Of a DNA stretch of 64,000 nucleotides, positions 1 through 12,890 are shown in pieces. The DNA comes from Dictyostelium discoideum (Eukaryota): positions 2,304,001 through 2,368,000 of the forward strand of contig CM000152.2 in the NCBI GenBank assembly GCA_000004695.1, given 5' to 3'. A program made the translations under genes and the position numbers. Each line of letters starts with the position of its first letter. Position 1 is the first letter of the stretch. The notes beneath the pieces are model-generated. The model had not been told where the DNA came from. It ran no database searches and was given only the letters and a program-made list of their open reading frames with translations.

Positions 1-2
1 GG

Positions 3-1061
3 AAACCAAATGGTAAAGGTGTCTTTCATAGTTCTTGTCCTATTGATTTCTTTGAATTCTTAACTCAATGTTATAGTGGTATTCAATCTTTGGAAATTAA
101 ACTATCAATTCCATCCAATCCAATGACCAGATCATTTGGTACTAATCTAGGTGACACTTTCTTATTCTTTGTTAAAGGTATAAGAGCAGTGATTTTGGAA
201 GATTTACCAATTGATCAACAAAAAATCATTTCAAATGTAATTGATAATGCAATCTCAAATCAAGTTACACCTAAACAGCTATTCCAAACATTGGTTGAAA
301 ATGTTAGATTGCCAAAGTTATCAAGTTATAATATCACCGAGAGAATGTGTTTACAAATTAATGATATTGAACAATCTCGTGGTTTACTCTTGGATTTTGA
401 TGATAAATATAATAATATCTTTAGAAATTCATTAAATGAATTATTCACAACTTTAAAAGATCATTGGAATTGTCTCTTGACTTATTATGTCTACAAAATG
501 AATTGCTATATTAAACCAATCATTCAAAGCATTTCATTATCTTTGAATGATAATTCAACATCAAACTATACCAAAGAGTTATCCAATTTCATCGAAATTA
601 ATCTTTCATTATCAAATAAAAAATTACAAGCAAATTTATTCCCTGTATTATTAAAAAGGTTATTTCAAAGTATTGTAAATAATATGTTGGAAATCATTTT
701 ACCACCAAATAAAAAGAACTATAATAAAATGGTTGTTGAAAAATCACTATCAAATTTTAAAGGTTTAATGGATGAATTAACAAAAGTTTTCCATGGTGAA
801 GGCGATAAAACAAGTTCCTATTTCGAATTAACTCTTGATGATTATACAAGAATTAAAAAAGTTATTGAACTCTACTCTTTCGAACCTCAACAACTCATTG
901 AATTTCATAAAATACTTTTACGTTCTCATTCAAAATCAATTATCACCGAAAATGAAATTTCAAATTCAAATAATCTTTTAGATGAATCTTTTACAATTAT
1001 GATCTTTAAAAGAAGTGAAAGTAAAGAAATTGATAATTATTTAAAAAATTCAAATAAATAA
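3..1061 (+). CDS. 3'-terminal part of a protein-coding gene whose 5' end lies upstream of the window; hypothetical protein (about 352 aa visible), no domain recognised
   Basis: Frame 3 is open from nt 3 with no stop until TAA at 1059-1061. The track ORF 90..1061 starts at a TTG, not ATG, so it is the same frame truncated. Composition is non-repetitive and protein-like; there is no upstream ATG within the window. Confidence 0.5.
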   Translation, partial: KPNGKGVFHSSCPIDFFEFLTQCYSGIQSLEIKLSIPSNPMTRSFGTNLGDTFLFFVKGIRAVILEDLPIDQQKIISNVIDNAISNQVTPKQLFQTLVENVRLPKLSSYNITERMCLQINDIEQSRGLLLDFDDKYNNIFRNSLNELFTTLKDHWNCLLTYYVYKMNCYIKPIIQSISLSLNDNSTSNYTKELSNFIEINLSLSNKKLQANLFPVLLKRLFQSIVNNMLEIILPPNKKNYNKMVVEKSLSNFKGLMDELTKVFHGEGDKTSSYFELTLDDYTRIKKVIELYSFEPQQLIEFHKILLRSHSKSIITENEISNSNNLLDESFTIMIFKRSESKEIDNYLKNSNK

Positions 1062-1470
1062 ATAAATTTTTTTTTTTTTTTTAAAAAAATAATTTTGTTT
1101 AATTTTTTATTTTTATTTTTAGGATTTGGTTAATTTTTACACCCAAATTCGTAATTTGTAAAAAGATATCAAAATATTACCCCCAAAATAATTAAAAAAA
1201 AAAAAAAAAATTACACCCCCACACATCCCCAAAGTAATAAAAAAAAAAAAAAAAAAAAAAAAATTGTTGTGTTTTTATTTGATATTTTTTTTTTATTTTC
1301 CTAAATAAAAAAAAGAAACACTAACTCGCACCCCATTTAAAACCAGTAATAAAACAAAAAAAAAAAAAAATAATTAAAAAAAAAAAAAATATATTGAAAA
1401 AAAAAAAACAATATAAAAAAACAAACTAAAAATTTACTACATTAAAATAAAACCAAAAAAAATAAACATA

Positions 1471-1517
<47 letters not shown>

Positions 1518-1661
1518 AAATAATAATACTATTAAAATACTAAAACAAATAAGTAAATAAATAATAAAATAATTAAATAATTAAATAATTAAATAATTAA
1601 ATAATTAAATAAAAAGAAAAACAAAAAAAATTAATGGGTAAAACTATTAAAAACTATAAAT

Positions 1662-2772
1662 ATGAAAATTATTTTAAATATTATTTTTATTATTTTAATT
1701 TCTATTAAAATAATAAATGGTGAGCTATTAGTAATACCATCCATACAAGATCCTCATCAAAAGCAACTTGATCAAATAAAACAAGCACTATATTGTTTAA
1801 TAGAGCCAGGTTTAAATTTCAAAACCTATAGTTCACCAACAGTAAAAAATATAAATTCATACACATTCTCAAACCACAACAATGAAGGCCCCAACAATGA
1901 AGAAATGGAATTTTCAAGCAACACTGATACCACCACCACCACCACCACCACACTAGCGTCATCATGTTATAGATATAATCATAGTAGTATGGTAACATTA
2001 AATTGTGAAGGTGATAGAAATCAAGAATGGAAGAAAAATCAAAATAGTTTATTTAGTATTGACCAATACATATTAGTTGAAGATGTACTTTTAGATGAAA
2101 CAAACAATATATCCCATAAACTCATTACAATAGAACAAAGATTTAAAACCATACCATCAGAGAATGGTTCTGTCATTATTAATAATGTTAATGAACATAT
2201 TGCATACTTTCAAGCTTCATTTAATATTGAAAATAATTTACAACCTATAAATCCAAATGATGATAAGAAAAAAATAGTACAATTATCATTCTACAACTAT
2301 ACAGATCCATATGATAATCATTATAATACTGGTAATAATAACAACAACAACAATAAAAATAATAATAATAATGAATGGGACATTTCATTAAATTATAATA
2401 AAGAAAAGGATAGTTTAGCTTTTTTGTATTACCAAAAGAATCCAATTGATACAATGACTTCAACACCTGATAATATAAAACAATGGTTTAAAGAATCAGC
2501 TAGAAAAATGAAAACTGGAAAACATATTGCACCAATCTCATTCACTGGTATTGATGGATTTGTTACCTCCAAATGGATTGTACCATCTGATGTTGATTCA
2601 ATACTATTAAATGTAACCTATACAAGTACTATGGCTGATATTGTATTAAGTTTTCGTCACATTGAAAATAATAGTTATAAACTTGTTGAATTTGGTTTCC
2701 ACGATATTAAAAAATTGGATTTAAAAACTGGTTCAATTATACCAATTGAAAAACAATATTTTAATAGAAAGC

Positions 2773-2840
<68 letters not shown>

Positions 2841-2846
2841 AAATAA
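1662..2846 (+). CDS. hypothetical secreted protein (394 aa): N-terminal signal peptide, Thr run, polyN tract and C-terminal polyQ tail
   Basis: ATG at 1662 in an A-rich context. MKIILNIIFIILISIKIINGE looks like a cleavable signal peptide. Single long ORF typical of Dictyostelium low-complexity proteins; function unknown. Confidence 0.5.
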
Positions 2847-3295
2847 TTATTTTTGTTGTTGTAGTAATTACATAATAATATTTTATAATTTAATAAATAA
2901 ATAAAAAAGTTTATTTCAATTTATTTAGCATTTTTCTATTTTCATTTTACTTGAGTAGTTTTAAATAGAAATAGTGAAATAAATTAAAATATATTTATTT
3001 TTTTTTAAAAAAAGTTTGGAATCATTAATTAATGCTTTTTTTTATTTATTTATTTTATTTTATTTTTTAACTATATAATAATGAACCTCCACGACAATCA
3101 AAAATGACTGTATAAAATATTAAATGCTCCAAAATTGACTAACACCCAAAAAATGGATTTAATACATTAAAATTATAAAATATATTAAATACAGAATGTT
3201 TACATTCATTTTTTTATATTTTATATCATTTCGTGTATTTTTCAGTGTTCTATTTTTATACAATATTTTCATATTAAAAATATAAAATTAAATCA

Positions 3296-3331
<36 letters not shown>

Positions 3332-3457
3332 AAAATAAGTGTCGTTTTTTTTTTTTTTAAAGAAAAAAATTAAAAAAAATAAAATTAATTCACACCTCGG
3401 ACGATTTTTTTTTTTTTTTTTTTTATTTTTCAGAAATTTAAAAAATAAATAAAAAAA

Positions 3458-4309
3458 ATGGCAAACAAAGAGATAAAAAGAAAAACTACTGAACCAAAAA
3501 AAGAAATAATAAAAGAAGATGATAAAAAGAAAAAAATAGATGTTGTAGTATCAAAAAATAAAAAACAAAAAGTTGAATCACCACCATCTTCTGAAAGCGA
3601 ATCAGAAAGTGAATCAGAGTCAGAATCATCAGAATCAGAATCAGAATCAGAATCAGAATCAGAATCAGAATCAGAATCAGAATCAGAATCAGTTGAAAGT
3701 GAATCCTCAGAATCTGAATCTGAATCATCAGAATCTGAACAATCTGAAAGTGAATTAGAAAAAAAAAAAGAAAAAGAAAGAAAAGCATTTGAAAAATTAT
3801 CACCAAAAGAAAAAATTGATTATCAAAAGAAACAAATTGAAAAAGAATTTAAAGTACAAGAAAAAGAGAAAAAGAGAGAAAAAGAAAAGAAATTATTAAA
3901 GCAAGAGAAAATTAAAAAAGAATTGGAAGAAAAGAAATTAAAATCAAAAAATTCAGAGATTTTAATGTATTTAGATACTTGGAAAAATGATAAATCAAGT
4001 TGGAAATTTGAAAAGAATACTCAAGTTATTTTAATTAAAAATATTTATTCAATAGATACATTACCAGAGAAATATTTCAAAATCGCATTAGAATATTTAG
4101 CACCACTAAGAGGTTTAATTAAAGATAGAACTGTTGATGAAGCAAAACAAGTTATTACAAAATATAAAACAAGTCAAACTAAAAAGAAATTACCAAAATC
4201 TAAAACTGATAGTGATGATGAAAGTGATGATGATGATGATGAAATTGAAAAAGAAGATAAAATTAAATTCGAAAGAGCTCAAAGTATAATAGAAACTTTA
4301 GTTAAATAA
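3458..4309 (+). CDS. acidic Ser/Glu- and Lys-rich nucleolar-type protein with a WKF (C7orf50-like, DUF2373-type) motif
   Basis: 283 aa ORF with (SE)n acidic repeats, KKEKE-rich basic stretches and the segment WKNDKSSWKFEKNTQVILIKNIY...LAPLRGLI that resembles the WKF domain of C7orf50-family proteins. Ends with a DDESDDDDDE acidic tail. Confidence 0.5.
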   Translation: MANKEIKRKTTEPKKEIIKEDDKKKKIDVVVSKNKKQKVESPPSSESESESESESESSESESESESESESESESESESVESESSESESESSESEQSESELEKKKEKERKAFEKLSPKEKIDYQKKQIEKEFKVQEKEKKREKEKKLLKQEKIKKELEEKKLKSKNSEILMYLDTWKNDKSSWKFEKNTQVILIKNIYSIDTLPEKYFKIALEYLAPLRGLIKDRTVDEAKQVITKYKTSQTKKKLPKSKTDSDDESDDDDDEIEKEDKIKFERAQSIIETLVK

Positions 4310-4566
4310 AAATTAATAAAAAAAAATAAAAAATAAAAAATAAAAAATAAAAAAGACTTGTAATATTTATCTAAAAGAAAATATATTTATTTTTATTTAC
4401 AACTTTTTATTTCGATTATTATTATTATTTTTTTTTTTTTTTTTTTTTGGATTTTTTTTTTTTTCTTTTTAATTATAAAAGAGCCTTATTATTTTTGGAA
4501 AATTATTTCTGGTTTGATTTTTTTTTTTTTTTTTTTTTATTATTATTATATTTTAATTAATTATTT

Positions 4567-4569
4567 GAC

Positions 4570-4614
<45 letters not shown>
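4567..4614. repeat. (GATT)n microsatellite, about 11 units
   Basis: gact gatt x11 is read directly from the sequence, immediately 3' of the JmjC gene stop. Confidence 0.9.
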
Positions 4615-4618
4615 AATA

Positions 4619-5756
4619 TTAAATTATTTTTTTATTATTATAAAGTTCTTGTTTTACATATAAACCTTCTTCTTTTTCTTCAATTTGATTTTTATAGTTA
4701 AAGGCAGCAATATCTTTTTTCATGGCAATTTCAGGTTCAGTAGTATTGAATAAATCCTCCAATTGAGCGAGAGGAACCTCACCACATTTTAAGAGGAGAG
4801 TTTGATTAACTTCATCGAAACTAAATATTGATTTCTTACCTACGATACCTACGTACTCTTCTTGATCTTGGTCACCGAAAAACAAAACAACAATCTTTTT
4901 ACCTTGAATCAATGATGGGAGTAATTTAGTGTTTGGAGGAATTACAGATAAATCTTTAACCCAAATACATGGTAACAATGGACAACTATTTGTCTTTGCC
5001 CATAAAACACCACCGAAAGCTTTTCTTTGACTGAGATACAATTGAACTAAGGGAGGTAAATTTTCAATTGGCTTATAGTGTGGATTTGGTTTACCCAAGA
5101 TTGCATTATTAGAGGATCTAAACAATTCAATCAATGAAATAATAAATTTATGAGTTGATGTCCATTCTTTTAAATTCTTTGGTGGTCTACCTTTTGGTTT
5201 ATCATTATCTAAAACAATTGGTCTTTTCTTGGAATGCACATCCATTGGTTTTTGTGTTGATGTTGATGAAGAAGATAATGAAGTTGATAAACTTGAAAGT
5301 GATGATGTTGTTGGATTATTATTGTTATTATTATTATTATTGTTATTATGATGATGATGTGACATCATATGATGATTATTATTATTATTATTATTATTGT
5401 TATGATGATTATTGTTATTATTATTATTACCAGAAAAATGAGACATTAAACCATCATCACCACCATTACGTGGTCTTGGTTTTGTTGGTGTTGAGTTTGA
5501 TGATCCTGATCCTGATGATGATGATTGTTCATCATCATATTGACGTCCAGATTTTAAAATTTGAATATGACCATTATTATTATTGTTATTGTTATAATTA
5601 TTATTATTATTATTATTGTTATAATTATCATAACTACCATATGATTGTTGTTGAGAGAGTGAAGATAAAGCATTTAATGAAGAATATGATGAATTTAAAT
5701 TATTATTACCGTTATTATTATGATGATTATTATTATTAATATTGTTATTATTAATA

Positions 5757-5791
<35 letters not shown>

Positions 5792-5829
5792 ACTATTGTT
5801 GTTATTCATATTATTATTGTTATTATTAA

Positions 5830-5863
<34 letters not shown>

Positions 5864-7790
5864 ATTATTGTTGTTATTATTATTACTATTATTATTATTA
5901 TTATAAGGTAAACCAAGTTGTTGATTATTATTTAAAATACGTGGATGATTTGAAGAATTTGAATTACTAGTACAATTTGAACAATCGCAAAGTCCTTTAC
6001 AACAGAAACATTCCCATTCATTTCTTTTCATTAAAACTTGAAAGTTTTGACCAAAAGTATTGACTACACATTGTTCACAGAAACGAGCGTTACAATTGGT
6101 ACAAAAGATGATTGAAAACTTTTTAAAACGTTTTTCACATCTATGACATTTGATCTTCTTTTGAGAGGAATAAAAGACTACATGATAAGCGACAGTTGCA
6201 GTTGTAAGGAAACCACATTCATCAGAGACACGATCGGTTGATTTGGTGATGATATCATCGACTTCCTTTGGACGACGACCACTATGAGCCAATAGATTCT
6301 TGTAGATTTCATAGAAACTACTCAATTCTTTCTTTAATTTGCTATGAGAGATGAATTCTTTGAGTACCATAACCTTGAAATGGAATTCACAACCGATACC
6401 AGACGAGACACAATCGAAACAGAAATCCTTACCTTGACCATCATCGGTTTTACAAGTTTCACAATGGTAACAACGATTGAAGATATCAGAGTTACAATGA
6501 TCACAACGACGATCTTGAATACGGTCGCCATTAAAGTATTTGAAAGGTTGAAGGAATGGTATGGTTTCACCATTACAATAGGGATAGTTTGGTTTTGGGA
6601 TTAGGATGGACTCAGTTTGTAAAATGTTATGAAATATCTCCAACAATGGTGCAATGATATCGATGACATCGTTTACATCGATCGTATTGAAATTGGTATT
6701 CTCTACATCACCCATAATCTTTCTAAGGGTGTAATAAGCGATGGCTTTAATTCTAAAGAGTTCTGGTTTTGCCATTCTTCTTGTATGAGGTAATGATGAA
6801 AAGTAAGAGATTGGCAAAGACTTTAAAGAGATACTATTCCATGCTACCTTTGTTGAAATGCCTGGACCACAGTTTACCACTTGATGTACGGAATCGGGTG
6901 GAACGAAAATGAAATCTCCTGGACGTTGTTTAAATACGTATATTGGAAATGGAGCACCCAAAAGATCGATTGGTCTAATGAATCTTGATTCGTTGTAAAC
7001 GTCACCTCCCTTGTCACCCCAAAACTTTAATGCCTCATCTTTGTATTCAGTTGGAACTATAAACCACCATGCAAAAGCGTCTTGGTCACTTGATACCATA
7101 AGGTTTTGACTAAGACTGCCACACATATCGATATGGCCTGGTGTATAGGTACCATTGCTACCAATATAAACTAACAATGTCTCTGGTTGTAAATAATCTG
7201 GTAAATGTGATACTAAATCGAATCTACTCTTGTATGAATATTGTGGTTGAAGTTTATGTGAAAGATATTCTTGCCATTCGCGTGGACATGCTATATCTTT
7301 ACCATATAAATGTTTTGGATTTCTTTCTTCTGGTGAAACTTGTAAATATGATATAAAATCTTTCATTCTCCATCCTTGTAAATCTGTATGAGTTTCATTA
7401 TTTCTTGGTGAATTAATTAATTCCATTTCTGAATATCTTTCCTATTTTTTTTTTTTTTTTTATAATTTATTTAAAAAAAAAAAAAAAATAAAAAAAAAAA
7501 AGTTAGTATTTAAAACATTTTTTTTTTCTTTTTAAATTTAACCATATAGTGATATTGTTTATAATTTATTATTTATTTATTTTTTTTATTATTATTTGAT
7601 AAGATGATTTTTTTTTTTTTTTTTTTTTTTTTTCATTTGATTTAAAAAAAATTTAATTTAAAAAAAAAAAAAAAATTAATTTGAAAAAAAAAAAAAAAAT
7701 AAAAATTCTGATACGAAATAGTGATATTTTTAAATTGAAATTAAAAAACAAAAAATAAAATAAAATAAAATATTTTTTAATTTAAAAAAA

Positions 7791-7822
<32 letters not shown>

Positions 7823-8107
7823 TGAATAATAATGATGATAATAATAACTTACAGATAAAAAGTCAAGAGTAAACATATTACTTCTTGACCAACCTTGAGT
7901 TGTACCTGTTAATACAAATGGTTGACCTCTTTTTATTATATAATCCTCTACTATTTCTGGACTAGTTGTTTGGTATGGTTGGTTTGACATTATTATGAAA
8001 TTCGAATTTGGTGCCTTTATTAATTCTTCCATATTAAAATTAAGTATATTATCAACACTAGGAAGATACATTGGGAATTCTATATTTCTAGTTGTATCAA
8101 CTTGCAT
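4619..8107 (-). CDS. JmjC-domain protein (putative 2OG/Fe(II) histone demethylase/hydroxylase) with Cys-rich Zn-finger-like clusters, polyN linkers and a C-terminal PWWP-like segment; proposed model complement(join(4619..7441,7853..8107)), about 1025 aa
   Basis: Track ORF 4619..7426 contains the cupin/JmjC signature (GSNGTYTPGHIDMCGS ... WWFIVP ... QRPGDFIFVPPDSVHQVVN, HxD...H triad). Two Cys clusters follow (CDHCNSDIFNRCYHCETC...; CHRCEKRF...CTNCNARFCEQC...CFCCKGLCDCSNC). Upstream ORF 7853..8107 encodes the start of the cupin fold (RGQPFVLTGTTQGW) and ends exactly at a GTAAGT donor (7852..7847). The first in-frame acceptor is the TAG at 7444..7442, giving phase-0 splicing into ...ERYSEMELINS. 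The exon-1 join is inferred from splice signals and frame. Confidence 0.65.
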
Positions 8108-8330
8108 CTTTTAAGATATATATATATATGTGTGTGTGTGTGTGGTATAGTTTTTATAAATGTATTATGTATATATTTATATAAGTTATTTATAAATATG
8201 TGTGTTTTTTTTATTTTTATTTTTATTTTTTTATTTTTATTTTTATTCGTTTTGTTTTTGCTGTAATTATTAACTATTAATTCTTTTATTTGTTTGATTT
8301 TTGTTAAATTTTTTTTTTTTTTTTTATTTT

Positions 8331-8397
<67 letters not shown>

Positions 8398-8523
8398 AAG
8401 TAAAATAAAGATTAAAAAAAAAAAAAAAAAAAAGAAATAATTAATTATATTAATAGGTCGTTGGTTTAGAAAAAAAAAAAAAAAAAACAATTATTGTATA
8501 TACACGGTACAAAATAATTTGAA

Positions 8524-8718
<195 letters not shown>

Positions 8719-8747
8719 TTTTTAAAAGTAAATAAAAGAGAAACACT

Positions 8748-8847
8748 NNNNNNNNNNNNNNNNNNNNNNNNNNNNNNNNNNNNNNNNNNNNNNNNNNNNN
8801 NNNNNNNNNNNNNNNNNNNNNNNNNNNNNNNNNNNNNNNNNNNNNNN
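8748..8847. other. assembly gap (100 N)
   Basis: Run of exactly 100 n characters embedded in homopolymer sequence. The true length and content are unknown. Confidence 0.99.
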
Positions 8848-8970
8848 TAAAAAAAATAAAAATAAAGAAAAAAAAAAAAAAAAAAAAAAAAGAATTCAAG
8901 ATAAAGATTATTATATTTGATTATCACTTTTTAAACCATAATAATTTAAAAAAAAAAACACTATCCTACG

Positions 8971-9014
<44 letters not shown>

Positions 9015-9264
9015 TTTTATTATTATTTTTTTTTTTTTTTTATTTTTTTTTTTTTTATTTTTTTTTTTTTTTTATTTTTTTTTTTTTTATTTTTTATTTT
9101 TTTTTCTCAAATTATTTTTTTAAAAAAAAAAGAAACACTCTTGGACCTTTTCTTAATGTTCAATCTATGGACAATAAATCTATTTTAACTAAATATCTAA
9201 TTTTTTAATTATTATTTTTTTTTTTTTTTAATTAAATATTTATTTTTATTTTTTTTTTTTTTTT

Positions 9265-10626
9265 TTAATAAAATAACACCATAGTATCTAGCAAATCAGA
9301 TAAAAAAGGAAGATGAATTGAATCTAAACCCTTTTTCCAAGCATTTGTAGTACTATCGACTTTAACTAAATGTCTAAGTTTCTCTTTGGTATCGGATAAT
9401 ATTGAGATAGAGATTCGACTAATTATTAATTGTACACCTTGAATTATACCACGTTGTATTGAGATACCACAAGAGGAGGATAGATTAATTTTATAAGATT
9501 TTGATATACTTTCTCTCATCTTTTTAATTTGATTTGATTCGATATTTGGTCTTTTAAAAAGTGCATACAATATAGACTTTACTCGAGTAATATATTTCCT
9601 ATAGCCAATTGTGAAACTACTATTATTTATACATGTTACATTTGAATTCATTAAAGAAATATACCACCCATTCCTATTTGGTATATCATAGAATAGTATA
9701 TTTGAAAAATGACTACTAACATTATCCCAAATCAATGGCAATCTATCACTATTATTACAAAATATATCAAATGCAATAACTTGACCCAACTGATTCAATT
9801 TCTTTTCACCACCATACCCTGAAAAGTATTCTTTATAATCTAAATCTTTAAATGATTTACCATTTGGTGCATATTCCATAACTATTTATTTTTTTAAAAA
9901 AAAAAAAAAATAATAAAATATTATTAGTATTAATGTTTTTTTTTTTTTTTTATTTTTTATTTTTTTAAAAAAAAAGAACTTACTTAAAAAAAATGATTTT
10001 AATAATTCCAATTTAATATAATCATATAAACTTTTATTAGTTTTTGAAGATATTGTTAAAAGTGATCTTGACATTTGAATATATTCATCATTTGAGTATT
10101 CTAATAATCTCATTTCGGGTATTGGTAATTTTAAGATACTTTCTAAAACAGATGCATAAACTTCTTGAACAATAGTTGTTGATGATTTTAATAAAACTTG
10201 ATTGTACTCACATTTATTATTTAAAAATGTTGCAATTAAAAATATATTTGAACTACCTAAATCAAGTTTATCAACACTAATTAATGATGACCAGTCAATA
10301 CAATGTATATTTGAATATTGAATCATTGGAATATATGAATTATTATTTTTATTTTTATTTTTATTATTATTATTATTATTATTATTTATTGAATTATTAT
10401 TATTATTAATATTATTATTATTTACACTATTATTACCAATATTAATATTATTATTATTTTCTATATTTTCTTCATTTATTTTATTCTCAATTATTATATT
10501 ATTTTTTATATCAGTACAAGTATTAGAGGTTGAATCATTTGTTGATTTTTTAATTTCTATATTATTTTTCTTATTTTTTATCTTTTCAAAAAAAAAGTTT
10601 TTTTTAAACACTTTTATTTTATTCAT
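9265..10626 (-). CDS. hypothetical protein with an atypical protein-kinase-like core (no canonical HRD/DFG); model complement(join(9265..9881,9984..10626)), about 419 aa
   Basis: Track ORFs 9886..10626 and 9265..9879 are 6 nt apart. The upstream ORF runs into a GTAAGT donor (9983..9978, phase 1) and the acceptor TAG at 9884..9882 restores the frame (...KSFFL-I-MEYAPNG...). N-terminal polyN region, then kinase-like elements: QVLLK (beta3 Lys-like), a Glu-containing helix, a hinge-like LIMEYAPNG, and AFDIFCNNSDR. Confidence 0.5.
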
Positions 10627-11034
10627 TTTATTTTATTTTTAGTAATTACAAAAAAAAATACTGGTTTATTTAAAAATTGTCGGATTTGGGATTAATTTTA
10701 TTATTATTATTTTCCTTTCCCCCAAAAAAAAAAAATTGGTTAAAATTTTTTTAAATTTAAAAAATTAAATAAATAAATAAATAAATAAATTTTTAATATT
10801 AAATATGTGTCAATTATAATTGTGAATCAACTATAAATTATTCGTATTATATATATATATATATTTTTTTTTTTTGATATTTTTTTTTTTGAGTTAAATT
10901 TAAAAATAGATTATTGGATATATGTTGCTATTGTTATAAATAGATTTTTTTTTTTTGGGTTTGAATGTGTGTTTTTCTTTATTTTTACAGTGATATTAAT
11001 CTTATTTTATTTATTTAAATCTAAATCTTTAAGG

Positions 11035-11067
<33 letters not shown>

Positions 11068-12339
11068 AAAAAAAATAAAAAAATAAAAAATACTAATTTA
11101 AAATGTAATCTTTTAAAAAAAAATAAAAAATAAAAAAAATAAAAAAAATGAATAAAAAAATAATATTGAGAATGCAAATAAAAAAAACAATTGCCATATG
11201 CTAATATAGACTCACACCTCCAATTTAAATAAAAACACCATAACACACTACCCACACTATTAAACCACACCCTTAATAATTTTCTAAAATTATTTTATGT
11301 ATGATAAAATACTTCCCTTAAATAGTTCATACTCATAACACTTACTTCTCTCTCTCTATTTCTCTCTCCCACACACACACACACAAACACACACTTTTAT
11401 ATATATATTGTTAATAAAAGTCGAAAACAATTCATTTTTTGTAATAAAAAATTTTAATTCAAAGTATTTCTGTTATAAAATAAATTACGATTATTTTTCA
11501 AAAAATGACAACAAATATGTCAAGTATGTTGTCAAATTATTATAATAACACTAACACTAAAAAAAAAAAAAAAAAAAATTAAAAAAAAATAAATAAAAGT
11601 AATAATAAAAAAAAAAAAAAAAAATTAAATATATAATTTGTTTAAAATTTAGTGTGGATGTGGGTAAAATAATTAACAAAATTTAAAATTTATATATTTA
11701 TATTTAAATTTAAAATGAAAAAAATAAAATAATAATTGATTCTTTAAAAAAATTAATTGCCATATCTGGATCAAAAATAATTTGATTAAGGATTTGTTTT
11801 TTTTTTTCATCTGTATTTTTATTTTATTTTTTACTTTCTTATTTATTATATCGTATCTAATTTACAAAGATTAATTTTTAAATTTGTCCAATGGAATTTT
11901 TATTTTTTTTTTTTTCAAATTAATTTTGTAATAATCAGTGCAATATTTAAGGATATTATCCTATATGAATATATATTTTAAAATATTATTTAAATATCAT
12001 GAACTATAAAATATTTTATTGTTTTTGAATTTTTATTTTATGGATGTTTTGAAATGTGACTACTGAATTATTAATATTATTATTTAAAAAAAAAAAAAAA
12101 ACTAATAAATAAATTTTTGAGAGAGTGATAAAAATGATTATATAATGGTTAGCGCGCACTATTATAATGGTTATAACTTTTTATTTTTTTTTTTTTTTAT
12201 AAAAAATTTTTTATTTTATTTTATTTTATATACATATAAAAATAAATATTTATTGTTCATAAAATAAAAAAGAAAAAGATTTTGTGGAAAAAAAATAAAA
12301 AAATAATAAAAATTATTATAATAATAAAAAATAATTAAA

Positions 12340-12847
12340 TTAGTTTGATTTTGATTTTGGTTTTGATCTTTCTTTATAAGTTCCTAATAATTTATCTAAA
12401 TAAGTGAATCTTGAACCATAGTTGCATGTAAACTCTTTATGATGATAATCATGGAAAGATGTACCACCATAGTATGGCATGAAATTGAATGGGAAAACAT
12501 CAATATCATAACCAGAGTGAGTTAAAACGGCATCTAATTGACGAACGACAAACCATGAATAAAAAGTGAGATAATGTGGTCTAATAATTAAAACTGGTGC
12601 GAATGTGGCAATACCTAAAAATACAACTTCAACTGGATGTGCATATGAAGCTGTAAATCCAAATGGTGCTGAATAGTAGTGATGTTCCTTATGAATATTT
12701 TTATAGAACCATGGAGTATGGAAAAATCTATGCATAAAATAATGGAAGAAATCTTCACCAATTAAACAAAGGAAAATATCAAATAAAAATTTCCAACTAT
12801 TATAATAATAATGATTATTTATGTTAATAATATATTTTTTAAATAAT

Positions 12848-12890
<43 letters not shown>

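Noticed and set aside
1206-1340. C-rich motifs (cccccacacatcccc, cgcaccccatttaaaacc) resembling the Dictyostelium ncRNA upstream element (DUSE, CCCA[CT]AA)
   Set aside because: Not an exact DUSE match, and nothing about 60 nt downstream looks like a structured RNA. Left as unsupported.
2245-2466. Minus-strand ORF 2245..2466 (poly-Y/C)
   Set aside because: Antisense of the polyN tract within gene 1662..2846.
3486-3806. ORFs 3486..3806 (-) and 3573..3758 (+) overlapping the WKF-protein gene
   Set aside because: They are alternative-frame/antisense readings of the (GAATCA)n acidic repeat and have no independent support.
5155-5911. Plus-strand ORFs 5155..5739 (poly-Y/C) and 5720..5911 (poly-I) inside the JmjC gene
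   Set aside because: They are the antisense translation of the polyN/polyH coding tract (AAT/AAC repeats read as ATT/TAT). Pure low complexity, fully nested in a well-supported gene.
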